From Eledone cirrhosa (Eukaryota), in the NCBI GenBank assembly GCA_964016885.1, contig OZ024742.1:216008001-216072000 (forward strand): 64,000 bases of DNA, written 5' to 3'. This document shows, in pieces, positions 27,268 to 40,943 of the stretch; within the stretch, counting starts at the first letter, position 1, and the number at the start of each line of letters is the position of its first letter. The notes below the pieces were generated by a model. It had not been told where the DNA came from, did not search any database, and worked only from the letters and a program-made list of their open reading frames with translations. Both the position numbers and the translations under genes were made by a program.

Positions 27268-27443
27268 AATTGTTTCTACGTTTGGCACAAGGCCAGCAAA
27301 TACCCAATGCATTACTGGTACTTTTATTTTATCGACCCCGTAAGGATGAAAGGCAAAGTTAACCTCGGCGGGATTTGAACTCAGAATGGAAAGGGCGTAA
27401 CTCTATGCGTCAAAGCATGGCGGCCGACCCTCTACTGATACTA
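27268..27443 (-). mobile_element. Dominant SINE
   Basis: Reverse complement of 6734-6923. Confidence 0.9.
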
Positions 27444-27921
27444 ATATAATGAATGATGCAACTTTGCGCAGAGATTCACTAAAATAGATTATCGAATAGG
27501 TCGAAGACCCATAAAAACGAAAATAAGAAGTTGATATCAGCCGTTATCAGTAATTGAACCTCATATCTCCCAGATACCGTACATGGGAGATATCGTGTTC
27601 AATTCCTGATAACGTCTAATGACAATCTCTTTTTCCATCTTTTAAGAGTCTTCACTTTTATTAGCTATTTTATTCTTTATAATAATTTATATGATTAATA
27701 GCTACACAATTGAGTGTACTTGGTTAAGAGATGACTAGAAAGTGGAAGGGGAATGTATTTTCAAACGAGCTACCAAAGACAAAGCCATCTTCTAATCTTG
27801 TTTGTCGGTAACGGGGGCGATGTTGAATCCTCCCCAAATTGTTTCGTTTAATATCCAACGTTAATTATTAATTGATGTTATTTATCATTTAACTATGTAT
27901 GAAACATTATTAGATATGTTT

Positions 27922-28112
27922 AGGGCGGTGGATTGGCAGTATCAGTAGAGGGTCGGACGCCAAGCTTTCCAGTATAGTTACGTCCCTTTACGATCTGAGT
28001 TCAAATCCCGCCGAGGTTGACTTTGCCTTTCATCCTTACGAGGTCGATAAAATAAAGTACCAGTAATGCACTGGGTAATTGCTGGCCTTGTGCCTAAAGT
28101 AGAAACAATTAA
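27922..28112 (+). mobile_element. Dominant SINE
   Basis: Matches 6734-6923. Confidence 0.9.
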
Positions 28113-28149
28113 TTGATATATTTAAGTTTAATCACCTAAGCAAAATTTG

Positions 28150-29450
28150 ACAATATTGCAGTGACACTCGACTTATTGAAGTATCTAATAATTGTTTTTT
28201 TATATCGTATACCACTATATTTAAAATGGAATATAGTGTAATAGGGTTCTTGGTGCTATATATATGAAAATGAGAGATTGGAACGCATTTGAACATATAT
28301 GTCATCTATGGCAGTTGATGGGAGTCACGCAATGATAACTTCTATGCCTGAAATATTTATACTGGAGTATATGCAAAAATTATTATTGTACATCTAGAAA
28401 GAATTATTTAACACTAAAAAAATACAATAATTTATATAAAGTTTCATAGAAATGTATAGTTTATAAAGCATTTCATTGGTCTGGAATTTGAATGTCAAGA
28501 ATGTGTATGTGTATGTGTTTATGTATGTCTATGTTTGAGTTTTTGTGCATGGGGTGTCAGTGTGTATCTGCATGTGTGTGTATGTATGATCGCTTGTGTA
28601 GCAGTGTTTAGACTGTCATGAGTCAGATTCGCTTGTGGAATCTTATTTGAATACAAATACCCTACGATATTATTGTTTGTTTTGTTCCTTATCCTGTGAG
28701 GTCATTAAATAGGCATACACACTTGTTTGTTAGTAATTATGATTTAATTAAAAGAAATACGAGTTACAAATAAAATGCACTGAGATACCTGCAATTTGCA
28801 ACTAGAGGTTTTTGACAGATACGAGTGGGTAAAAAAAAAAGATGATATTCAAAATCTAAACTTTAATTCATTTCATTAGAGCAAGGAAAACACTGTTTCG
28901 TGTTAGTATAAAAAATAAATGAAACATAAAATTTTGTCTTGACTGATAAACTCTCAACACATAACTATGTTTGTGGGCACATATTCGTATCAATGAGTCC
29001 GATGAATGCTGACTATACGTAGACTGATCAATTGAAGTGTATGTCGAAAGTATGTCTGTTTGGACTCTATCTATAATCTTCAGATTTGGCATAGGAACAA
29101 GGAGCTAGGTGGATACCATAACGCTGAAATTGAATAATTTAATATAAGTATACTCTGCTGGAGGGAAAATGAACAAAGGTTATAATTTAGTGAAGGGAAC
29201 ATGCAAAAATAAATTCAAGAGTCGCTATTGCTTATAATCGGGTGTTTACTATATGCAAAACGCTTATACTGAAAGCGAGCAGGTTCGAAAATGTAGTATG
29301 ATCCAGTCACTGATAACCGTAAATACTAAAAGTATGTTGGAATCAAAACAAAATCTTAGAACAGTCATGAGTAAAGGTGAATGTAGGGACCTTCAATAGC
29401 AATAACAAACTATATTACGGAAGAAAACTTGCATACGAGTATACATACAT
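28150..29450 (+). pseudogene. Decayed LRR-coding segment
   Basis: NAFEHICHLWQL/DGSHAMITSMPEIF (28282-28358, one frameshift), ALRYLQF (~28776), TLKLNNFNI (29121), VAIAYNRV (29221). Confidence 0.6.
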
Positions 29451-29598
29451 AGAGATACACGTACATAAATACATATAAACATATATATGCATGTGTGTGT
29501 ATATATGTGTGTGGGTTTGTATGTCTTTGTGTTTATGTATGTATACATATATATATATATATATATATATATTGTTTGATATAGAACACGAGAACTAC

Positions 29599-29660
29599 TT
29601 CATTCGAAAGAAATCATCAGGGCTTTCCTGATGATTTCCTACGAATGAAACGCTTCCAGT
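29599..29660 (+). ncRNA. Very small hammerhead-like motif with its own inverted copy
   Basis: CTGATGA (29628-29634) tTTCctacGAAt GAAA cgct TC. Inverted arms 29599-29621 and 29627-29649. Confidence 0.4.
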
Positions 29661-29843
29661 TCAGTAGAAACCATTTCTTTATTAAACATTGTATATACTC
29701 TATGTTTTGAGTATATATATATACCTATATATATACATATATATATATATGTGTGTGTGTGTAGTGTGTGTAGTGTGTGTTGTGTGTGTGTGTAGTGTGT
29801 GTGCGTGTGTGTGCGTGTGTGTGTGTGTGTGTGCGTGTGTGTA

Positions 29844-30015
29844 CTAGACCACAGGTGACCCTTTGGGACACGTTCGCTTCAAAATATATTTTCTTAAATC
29901 ATGCTCCCTTAAAAACATTTTTAAATATTAAAATATACACAGACATGTATATAATGTGAAATGTAACTGGAAGGCCCATTTATATACTTGTGTGTATGTA
30001 TACATATAAATGTGC

Positions 30016-30079
<64 letters not shown>

Positions 30080-30210
30080 ATGTGTGTTTGTGTGTGTGTG
30101 CGTGGTTGTCTGTGATCTATATACACTGGTCATAGACACACATACACACATATATTCATACACTTCTATATATACACACACTCTCATATATATATACACA
30201 ACAACACCAC

Positions 30211-30267
<57 letters not shown>

Positions 30268-30562
30268 CTCCATTCTCCTTCTCTGTCATGTTTCCTATCT
30301 CTCTATGTCTCTCTTTCAATCTACTCTCTCACAACCAATATCTCTTTCTCTCTATCTTACTCTCTCTGTTTATGAATGTACCCGGAAAAACCCCATATCT
30401 CGGGAACACCTGCCCCGATTTACGCGAAACTTGTCTTATTCCATTCGTATTCCCATTTCAGGGTCAACAACTTTTCAAAGTATTTTCCCATTATGCACCC
30501 ATTTGGCTGTATTACCTTATAGACTAACAAGCAAGCAATCAATCAGAGAGTTTTTGTAGTAT
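29844..30562 (-). mobile_element. Non-autonomous Helitron-like element, copy 1
   Basis: Minus strand ends in a hairpin and ..GGT CTAG|T. Homologous over ~700 bp to 35525-36217. Confidence 0.65.
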
Positions 30563-30659
30563 ATATATAAATATAAATATATATATATGTGCGCGCGCGC
30601 GTATGTGTGTCTGTGTGTATGTGTGTCTGTGTGTGTGTGTGTCTCCGTGTTTAAATTTT

Positions 30660-31620
30660 GTCTTATTTAAGTATGTCGATATTATGGGAAGTATCAGACA
30701 TTATTCCTTTAATCTCTTTTCGGTGAACTCGCATGCGTTTTGATAATGAGTTTTCTTGCTGACCAATGTATTTGTCTACGCAATGCTGGCGTTTGATATA
30801 GTAAATCAGATTATTCCTTTTATTGTTCATATTTACATTATCAACCATTTTTTTTTACGAGATGTTCTTTATATAATGGCCGGCATATAAATGTGACATT
30901 TACTACAAAAATAATCATGACATTTACATTCTTTGAAATGTTTATTGCTGTTGTCTAGAAAAAGGCTTGCCATTGTTAACAGTTGCTTTATATTCTTTGA
31001 TTGTCGTTTGCTCTCAAAAAAACTTATATTAGTAACTAAATTCCGTAGATTATTATTTTGTCTGATAATCGGTATGTCAGATTTAGAGGGTTTCAAAATA
31101 CTTTGATTATATGGATTGTTTGTGACTACAAACGTTATTATATTTGGGGCTTGTGTTCCTATTCCCTTTGTTGTCCTAAGTTATTTTGATACGCATTCGT
31201 TCCGCAAGTTCTATTTTGTAAGAGAGGCTATAAGTACCAAAGAAGAACGAGTAGCAAAACTAGAACAAATTTTACTGAATCAAAAATAACCATCCATATA
31301 TGTCAATTTTATACATGCTGATCACTATGTCAATATACACATACATACATACATAAATACTTACATATATACACAAACACATATATAGATTCATACATAC
31401 AAACAAACCAATATACATACATATATTCATATATTTGTTTTTCTTTAGAGAATTAGTTTTAAAATGGAGTATATCGAACATTCATCCAAGCAAATCGTTC
31501 GTAGTAACGTTTATATTTCAACTAAAACTACATCACCAATACAAAGACATTCTATGGCCAAACCGTAATTCAAAACACACTATTCCGTTTTTCAATTGTA
31601 AAAAGCACTGTAGCATATAA
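30660..31620 (-). mobile_element. Decayed PLE: GIY-YIG relic on -, RT C-terminal fragments on +
   Basis: NLIYYIKRQHCVDKYIGQQENSLSKRMRVH (ORF 30663-30848 -). SKHTIPF on + near 31570. Confidence 0.6.
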
Positions 31621-31719
31621 TGGGGATTTTATTGTTTGAAGAAATAGTGGGAAGGTCACGGCTAAAATAATGGTCTCTGATTTAGGCCCAAAACCAACAT
31701 TTTGTACGCATCTTCGACA

Positions 31720-32160
31720 GGTCTAGCTGACGACACTTCCAAGCCTGTAGAGTTTATCCTGAACTGGCAAAACTGGTTAGTACTGCCAGGCCAGGGATTT
31801 CTGGAAATATTCCATGGGCCCCGGCTCAAAAGTTATCCGGAAGAGATTGGCTAGTTTATTTTCATCCACGCCCAGTGTCCCCAAGGGTGTCGGCACTTTT
31901 AGCCTCCACTAACACTCTATAGTGGGAGTTTCCACCTATCATAGTGCCCGATTTTCTGAGGGGTATGAACTCTTGAAAACATTCCAGTCTCCAAGCGTTC
32001 CTTCTCGGTCTTCGCTTGGCCCAAATATGCAGCTCCATCTTGGACACAAGGTGGGGAAAAACTCGTCTAGCAAAATCTGACCAAACCTGCTCACCGTCAA
32101 GGAAAAGCAAGAGATGTCGTAGCCTCAGCGCATTTTTGTACATCACTAGCCACGGCTAAT
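31720..32160 (-). mobile_element. Tx1/L1-clade LINE ORF2 C-terminal relic
   Basis: ALRLRHLLLFLDGEQVWSDFARRVFPHL ... FQKSLAWQ..LPVQDKLY, resembling the region just upstream of zf-RVT. Confidence 0.55.
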
Positions 32161-32199
32161 ACACTCCTTTTCAATCGTTTGCTTCATTTTGTCTGTTCT

Positions 32200-34390
32200 G
32201 ATTCCCGGATCCTGCAATATGCCTAGTATTTTTTACATATTGTTTTCAATGGGACATTCTTTCACCACCAGGCATTCAATATCATTGTTTCCAACCAATT
32301 TGTCATTTTGTTTGACAATGTTTTGTCCTTGTCTAAACCAAACTCCATGCCTTTGACATCAGATACAATCCTGATTGTGTGGATTAATGAATCAATTTCT
32401 CTTTCATTACGGCCACATAATTCGATGAACAATAGATGTTTTATTGGCAGGAACTCCTTCGCCATGTAATATTCATAATGTGTTTCTCTAAGGACAAGTG
32501 TAAGCGAAATCAGTATCAAGCAACAAAGGTGTTAAATGAGTCCCCTTGGAAAATTCCTCGTCTAATGCGAACTTCTCCAAGAACGTATTTACCAGAATAC
32601 AATTCCGTTCTCCGCTGATCCATACTTCCTTCAACGAAGAGTGGGCGACCATGTCAAAGGCTTTCTTGTAATATACGAAAGTCATTGCCAAGTTCATTTT
32701 TGTTCTCTTGCAGTTCTTTATATTTGCATTATCAGCTACCGATCTTTCCCCTGGACCCTCTAGAATACCATGTCTGCTTATGTGGAAGAGTCATATAATG
32801 CTATGATTGGATTAGTCGCTTGGAAAAATCCTACATAAATTTACAAGAACAGGCATGGAAAGACATTTCTATAGCAGACTTAAGGGTGACACTCAATAAA
32901 ATCATAAGTGGAAATCTCCAGGTAGACACAGGGGGCCAAATATCTGGCTTTCCTCACTCCTCTGCACTCACAATACATCTGACTATGAAACTAAGTGTGA
33001 AACAAATTATCGGCTCATAAACTGCTTGTCCAGCACTTATAAGCTATTAGCCTCTATTCTCATGGAGAAATCATACGTGGAGGAGAACAATCTTTTACCT
33101 ACTGAACTAAAAGAGTGCCGACGAGGTTCAAATAGTTGTAAAGATCAACTCTTGATTAATCATATGATCCTTGAAAACTGTCATAACATGTGCAGACATT
33201 TGTTTGGCATGGATATGTTACAAAAATGCTTTTGACAGCATACCGCACTCATGGACTCTGAATTCCCTGGACATTTTCAAAATCTCACCTTGGAATTCAA
33301 ACTTCCTGAAAGACAATATGCTATTGTTGAACAAAAATCTCCAATTATTTCATTCCAATTGAGTACTAAGTTCTAAGATATTCATCAACTTTAGCATTTT
33401 CCAAGATGACTCACATTCACCATTATGTTTTTGTATAGCTTTAATACCGCTTACATCCAAACTTAATAGTACGGGGTACGGTTACAAAATTGACAACAAG
33501 AAAATAAGTCACCTATTTTATATGGATGATTTAAAGCTAAGACAATGACGACTTAAAAGTCCTTTTGTGAGCAGTAAAAAGATCGTTATATTTTCTTAGC
33601 TTGTCAAATTATTTTGTCACGATATTGTGAAAAACATGGGATGCTTATAACAATCAATAAACAGACCTTGTTATGTTGGTCTTTTACAATGATATCTGGT
33701 CTATTATCGTTTATCATCAGGTGTGTATGTACAGGAAAGTCCCAAAGAATTGTTACGTTTTCTACTTCAATTACAGACTCAGGGTGATGATTGTCACATT
33801 TGTCAGCAGGTTTAATTTTATAATAACGACATATTACCCAGTGTAGCTATTGACCAACTCTGTCATGTCTATATTTGTACTATACTGTGGCTTATACTAT
33901 ACTTCGCTCTCTGCTTTTAGCCTTGAGCTACGTTGCCACTGATAGGTGTGGTTTTAGTGAACATCAGCTCTTTTGCTGCGGGACACATATTTGCCTGCAG
34001 AGGTTTCTGCTCCCATTTTGATGCTAATTGTTCTTGCCCTTTTGCTTTTGCCATTAATTTTATGGGCTTAGAAGTAGCAGTTGCAGCAATTTCCTTAGTC
34101 TGTACAACCTGGGTATCAAGCATGAGGTCATTAGCATTTTTTGCTCTCCTTCAAGATAGAATGAAGCTTGTTACTTCTCTCATGTTTTTCAACAAGTTTC
34201 AGCATACGATCGTTTATTGTTTCAAGGTATTTGGCCAGTCCAATAGTGGTGGTCTTGTAGGTAAGTTCGAACTGAATCAGGCCACGGCCTCCTTCATTTC
34301 TAGGAAGGTAAAGACGATTCACATCTGCTTTTGGGTGGTGCGTCCTATTACATGCCTGTCTGTAACTTACGGATTTTGGTGTCGATTCTT
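32200..34390. mobile_element. R4/Dong-like (RLE-type) non-LTR relics in alternating orientation
   Basis: Minus 32200-32780: YKKAFDMVAH, GMEFGLDK. Plus 32820-33545: CRRGSNSCKDQLLIN, KNAFDSIPHSW, ISHLFYMDDLKL. Minus 33600-34390: RLYLPRNEGGRGL, RHDRV, ILWDFPV..NRPDII. Confidence 0.85.
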
Positions 34391-34429
34391 TTAATTCTTT
34401 TATTCCAATGTAGTCTTTCCGGCTAGATT

Positions 34430-34763
34430 AGGAGAAGTATAGAAATGGACAGTTGTTATTAACAACTTATCACACTTCGCTCATCTCACTTTCGATTAAT
34501 TCAGAGCAGGAACTACGAAAGACTAATTACTAAACTATCAACAAAGTCTGATAAGTACAAGCTCATTATTTATTGGTAGAAGGCTGACAACTTGACAAGT
34601 GCACGCCTAGCAATATATAAATGGTTATAAATAAGAATATACGTTGTCATATCGAAATGCATTTAATCTAACTCTGAAAAAAATATCACACGCCTAATTG
34701 TATGCAATTACAAATTGACACACACAGACATACACAGTCATCCACTTAGATACACACACATAA

Positions 34764-34800
<37 letters not shown>

Positions 34801-35480
34801 CACTAAATTATCAAAGTACTAAAGTGCGTACGTACAATATTTCTAGTGATACATAGTTATTGCTGAGCTGTTTAAATTTCTACAGGTGGACAAATGTAAA
34901 TAAATGATTAGATGTCTACATGTACTGGTTTGAAAGTAGGTTATAATGACGGAGTGATCACAGACTCAATATGCGAAGAGAGATTTATTCAAATCTGCAG
35001 GACAAATCTAGAGAAATCTTGATATTTAATGGGTCACAAATAACTACGCACCCACTATATCACTCTCTCTCTGGGTCAACCAAATAGATCCTAAGATCAA
35101 ATCCAGTTCAAGCAAGACATACCTTGGCTGTCCAAACAAAGTATACTGAACAAAAGATCGTAACACGGCTTATATACTTTTTTCTGTTTTGAGAAGTTGT
35201 TCATTCTTACACGTCTGTCTGTATGTTCCAGTTTGTGTGCACGTGTGTGTATATAAAGAAAATTGTATCATTATATGCGCTTATATATAGAAAGGAAATC
35301 GAATGTGGTGATTCATTTTATTCTTCTAAGCGTCATTTCCTCTCTCGAATAAAAAGGCCGAATCAGGATCTATCATGAACTATAAGGTAAAATTGTAAAC
35401 TTTTGTCATATATGCGTTAGTTTTCACTCCTGTATTTATAACTTATACAGAACTGGGTTTCCCAAAACAAACTATCAATC
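34430..35480 (+). pseudogene. Decayed LRR-coding segment
   Basis: TNLE/ILIFNGSQITT (~35002-35048), LWVNQID (~35069), FEKLFILT (~35188). Confidence 0.45.
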
Positions 35481-35524
35481 CGAAAACACACACAGAAATA
35501 TATATGAATAGATATAGTTATATA

Positions 35525-35683
35525 CTAGACCAGTCGTGACACGTCGGGTCACGTTCGCTTAAAAATATTTTCTTAAAAATCATTTTCACTTAAAAATAAT
35601 CTTCAAATAATTAAAATATCTTCAGACATGTATATAATGTGAAATGAAACTGGAAGGCCCATATATATATATATTCGTGTGTG

Positions 35684-35745
<62 letters not shown>

Positions 35746-35758
35746 AGTGAGTGTATAC

Positions 35759-35794
<36 letters not shown>

Positions 35795-36217
35795 CTATAT
35801 GTAGGTGTCTGTGATCTATATATACACTGGTCATAGACACACACATACACATACATATATATACACAGCAACACCACTAGCTCTCTCTCTCTATATATAT
35901 ATATATATCTTTCTCTCTGTTCCATTCTCCTTCTCTGTCTCTTCTTCCTCTCTCTTTGTCTCTCTTTCAATCTATTCTCTGACAACCTCGCTCTCCTTCT
36001 CACTCTCCTTTTCTCTCTCTATCTCTCTGTATTCCATGGTACCCAGAAAACCCCATAACTCGGAAACCCATGCTTCGATATGCGCGAAACTTGTTTTATT
36101 CCATTTGTATTCCCATTTCAAGGGCAACTTCCTCTCAAATTATTTTGCCATTATGAGCCCTTTTGGCTGTATTTCATTACAGAGAAGCATCCAAGCAATC
36201 AGAAATGTTTTGTAAAC
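35525..36217 (-). mobile_element. Non-autonomous Helitron-like element, copy 2, followed by a partial SINE at 36217-36308
   Basis: Minus-strand 3' end CGTGAC-ccgacgt-GTCACG actggt CTAG|T. Homologous to 29844-30562. Confidence 0.7.
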
Positions 36218-36302
36218 TTTCCCTTTAATCCTTACGGGGTCGATAAAATAAAGTACCAGTAATGTATTGGGTTATTGCTGGCATTGTGCCAAAAGTAGAA
36301 AC

Positions 36303-36342
<40 letters not shown>

Positions 36343-36424
36343 GTGGGTGTGGGTGTGGGTGTGTGCGTGTGCGTGGGTGTATATGTGTGTGTGTATCTAT
36401 GTATATATATATATATATGCAGAC

Positions 36425-36477
<53 letters not shown>

Positions 36478-36717
36478 CAGAGAGAGAGGAAGAAGCGGAG
36501 GCAGATTCACATGGTCAAATACATACATATATACATTCATTAAATAGGGAATGTGTCATACGGAATGAATCTTCCATTGTTTTAGGTAAATCCGCTTATA
36601 ACTAGTCACAAATAAAGAAAAGAAAAGGATTTAAGATACTAAATCTCCCGGTGGAATAAACACGCAAAGTATGTATATTTACCAATATGTATATACGTAC
36701 GTATGTATGTATATATG

Positions 36718-36749
<32 letters not shown>

Positions 36750-36752
36750 TAT

Positions 36753-37343
36753 GTTGGTGTTACTGGTAACATGTATCCCAGTACAACCTGTCTCATGATC
36801 GGGTCGTTGGCGACTAAACTGGCAACCCCACCAAGGTTTCTTGGTGAGGAGGGTGACTTTGGACATCCTGCAGTACTAAAAACAAAACCTGTCAAAGGCG
36901 CTCTTAAGAGACAATGGCCATCCAAAATCACCGGGAGAGATGACCCCTTAGCCTTTGTCAAGGCAGAATTCTAGGAGAAGGAAAACTCTGATATAACACC
37001 TGCAACGCTGATGGTATCCAATGATGTTGACTTGTTCTTCTTTTTGGTAAATATCATCTTGGTTAAGAGAGTGGGACTGGCTTTCTGCAGTGCCTTTGCT
37101 CACTATAAAAGCTTCACTGCACAGGCATTGCTTTATATCTGGAGATCTCTCTGCACTTGTCATCACATGGTACCATGGGCCCAGCACTATGTGTCAATAA
37201 TTGTCACAAGTGTAGTGTTTGTACCAGAGTTTTCAAGTCGCTGGCTGGACTAAAATGTCACACTCATTCAGCACATCGGTAGGGGTTCTCCTACATGGAT
37301 ATAAAGTAATGGCCGTACTCGAAAACGAGTTGGCAGCCACCAT
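36753..37343 (+). mobile_element. Internally deleted RTE derivative: 5' UTR fused to a zinc-finger 3' end
   Basis: RTE-type CTAGGAGAAGGAAAACTCTGA (36971). CSVCTRVFKSLAGLKCHTHSAHR* (37211-37282) is homologous to the last finger of ORF 21-377. Same 3' terminal motif. Confidence 0.75.
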
Positions 37344-38799
37344 ATATATGTAGGTATGTATGTATATATGTAACTATGTATATATGTATTTATATATGAC
37401 TATATGTACATATCCAAGCACACGCATATCTATATGTGTGTTGTTTGTGAGCATGTGTATATTTAGGTTTACACACTCACACAAGCACTCACATACGCGC
37501 GCGCACACACACACAAATAAATATATATATATATATATATTCATAAATACATACATACATACATATATACATACATACATGCATACATACATGCATACAT
37601 ATATATATATTTACGTACACACACTCACACATACATATGTATATGTGTCCGTGTATGTATATGTTTTTTCTATGTATGTGTGTGAAAGAATGTGCAATTT
37701 TCAAGATATGTGCGTAATGTTAAATACACATATGTATACCCGTGAAGAAAAGTCATTTTCTATAGGTCAAGAACTTTAGTATTAGTAATCTGCAATTGAC
37801 TGTCTCTACAAAATATTAGCACAGAATGTAAATTGTGTATTTTGGCTTTATTATATTTCTTCCGGATTACGTATTTAAGACAGGTTTACAATATACTTAT
37901 GTACACCATCAATATTCTCCATTTTGATTTCCTTCTCTGATTTTCTCTCTTATCAATTCTATGTGATTTCTCCTACATATCTCACAATTACTCTTCTCTC
38001 ACTGTATATTTCTTTAATCGACTTTGGTTATTTATTTTATTTTAAATCTAACTATATATTATAACAACATGACCTTCCCAAAATCTAACTATGTATCTAT
38101 GCTTTTATTTTACCTTCCCTTATGACACCCATGCTATCCGAACGATGCACATAATTCATTGTCTGTTCATTTGAACATTCACTTAAAATTAACTTCTTCA
38201 TTTGCAACAATGGGAAAGGATATCTAACTGTGTATTTATATACATTAATTAATCTACTTCCCCTCCTTTCGTATGAAGCAGCAATCATGTGACATCACGC
38301 AGGAGCTGCAAGCAGCACACTGGTCTGCTATTAGGCTGTGTTAGGTCCACACACTCAGATGGGACGAGATCCAGGCACTCTCTCAATATGTGTTCTGCAA
38401 ACTGCTTTGGTGAGCCAGACTAGCAAGCTGTGTGTAGCCGATTCAGGGACACCCATGCCCTTTGAGAGAAAATAGCGCTGGGTGGGTGACCTATATAGGA
38501 GTTGACATTCAGTTTAAGAGGTGGAGCTATATGTTGCCTGCTAGTTCTCAGCGTCTGAAGTATATAAAATTCGAGTTTCCCACCTTTGCTAAGGGACGGA
38601 ATAAGTGTGATGTAGTGCGAAGCGGTATTTGTCTAGTAGCTGAGAATCCTCAACGAAGTAATAGAGGAGTGGGACGTGGGAAACTATCACTGATCATTCG
38701 AACTACAACAACTTGAGACAGCAGCAGCAAACCACCAGTAGAAATGGATTAACATAAACCTCTTTCTTGCAAACTATTTAATGAGCCTTTATATTCTCA

Positions 38800-40600
38800 A
38801 TCCACCTACTATAATAATGAATCAAAAGTCCCTGTACATTCTTGATGAAGACATATTGAATAATATAATCGCGATGGTACTGCATCTGGAGAGAATATAG
38901 GATGGGCATAGCTGCAATGTTTTGGTCATACGGTTGCTTGTATTAAAAGGGATACACAATAACACATGATACTACCTACACAAATTATGTTAACACTTAT
39001 TTAGTAAATGTGTATGCAATATTTGTAAAATAATCGTTTTTGATCAGAGGTTGCTTTTCAACAATTGGGAATCATAATATAATGTGCCAATTAATACAAA
39101 GGTCAATTTAATGGACTATGCATGTTTGACATTGTGCTTACGTGTGAAATATTTATTTATTTAATTTATTGTCTTTAAAATTTTTTTACCAGAAGTTAAT
39201 CGATATAATATGATCTTTTTGGCTGATCAATCGATCCAGTATTTTATAGTTTTTATTTTGTTTCCTAGTTGAAAAGCATAATTTAATATAGATTCAATAA
39301 AATACAGCTCCTACCTCAAACACATTCTTTTTACAACGCACTAGTTCAATAATGTTATCGTATTTATCCACTAAGTGACGGCGCGTAGCTTAGTGGTTAG
39401 AACATTTGTTTTGGCAAGAGTGATTTCGGAAAGAGTGATGCGTTGTGTCTTTGAGCAATCACTTACTTTAACGGTTTTCCAGTTAACTCAGCTGTAGAAA
39501 TTAGTTGCGTCGTCAATGGTGCCAAACAGTATCGGCCATTGTCTTTCCTTTGGACAATATTGGTGGCATGGAGAGAGGAGACTAGTATGCATGCGCGACT
39601 GCTAGACATCTACAAACAACATTTGCCCCACCTTGTGTCTTAAGACAACATTTTCTAGGTGCAAAAATGATGGTCATTAATGTCCGATGGGAGCCTTTAA
39701 ATCTACAAATATAGTTTTGCGTTACTTCCGAATTGTGTAAATGTGTATTTAGGTATTTATACGAAATTCTAATAAACGTTATCTAGCTTAGACAGAATAA
39801 AATTTACAATTACAGTATAGAGTGTATTCGTGGAAAGTAATATCTCAAGACAATTTCTAATCTCACAAAACAGTGAGTTATATATAAATATTTTTAAAAT
39901 AGATGATACATGGACTTTAGTGCAATTGATACAATAAATTATACCGCTAGCTGTTAAATGTAAATTCAGAAAGAAGCTGAAGTTTTGGTTGTTGAACAGC
40001 AATAAAACAGTTGTTTACCGATGTAAATTCCAATATACACTTTCAAAAAACAAGGCCATTTCATGAGAATTGCTCTACACTTTAAAATATGCAAACATTC
40101 TAATCTTGGATGATACATTATATTATCGATTTATTCAAGTAAAACATAGATTATTCGGTTAACAATTTACAAGTCTTTGTTTAAGTAGGATAATTAAATG
40201 TTGGTGTAAAAGCATAGACAATTAAATATAATTGAGCACTTTATTACTGATAGTGGTTCCAATATTGATATAAGTAACCTTCTTCGAAAAAGTAGTATTT
40301 TCCTGATTATCTGGAGGAGGTATTACGAACAAAAGTAGTTTACGGTTCTAACTTCGTATATTTATAAAGATAGTATTCTCAGAGGTTATAGAGCTGAATA
40401 AAAATAGGATGAATACATTGACGGTCGAGGAAGGCTGAATTAAATGCACGGTTCATGAAGGAGTCGGTAGACATCCCTGTAGACATATAAATTAATGTAA
40501 TTCCATTTATAACTACAACTTTGCTCTCAGTGTAAACACATATATGGGTTTACACAAATGCATAATTTTACTAATTACAAATGAAAACCAGAATGTTAAT
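38800..40600 (+). pseudogene. Decayed LRR-coding segment, interrupted by a SINE at 39378-39700
   Basis: LRQNKI (~39788), YMDFS (~39907), KKLKFWLLNSNKT (39971-40009), NILILDD (~40094), NNLQV (40161). Confidence 0.55.
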
Positions 40601-40726
40601 ACTATATTTTTAATTGGATTCAAAAAGTCACCCTATTAATGGTTGTGATATTTAGAATATCATATACGTGAGATTTAATGACATCACTTTTGATGTTGAT
40701 GATAAAATGCCATCTAAACCAACAAG

Positions 40727-40782
<56 letters not shown>

Positions 40783-40943
40783 TGTATATATATAAGTAGT
40801 AACACAACAGTTAGTTCACCATACCGAGAATAATTGTTTCACCTTTGTCCATAAGGCATATATATATATAAAGAGAGAGAGAGAGGGGTGAGAGAGATGC
40901 ATACATGTACATATTGAGACGTACACATACACACATACATAAT

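Noticed and set aside
36753-37000. HDV-like ribozyme in the RTE 5' UTR
   Set aside because: Known for some RTEs, but I could not assign the nested double pseudoknot by eye.
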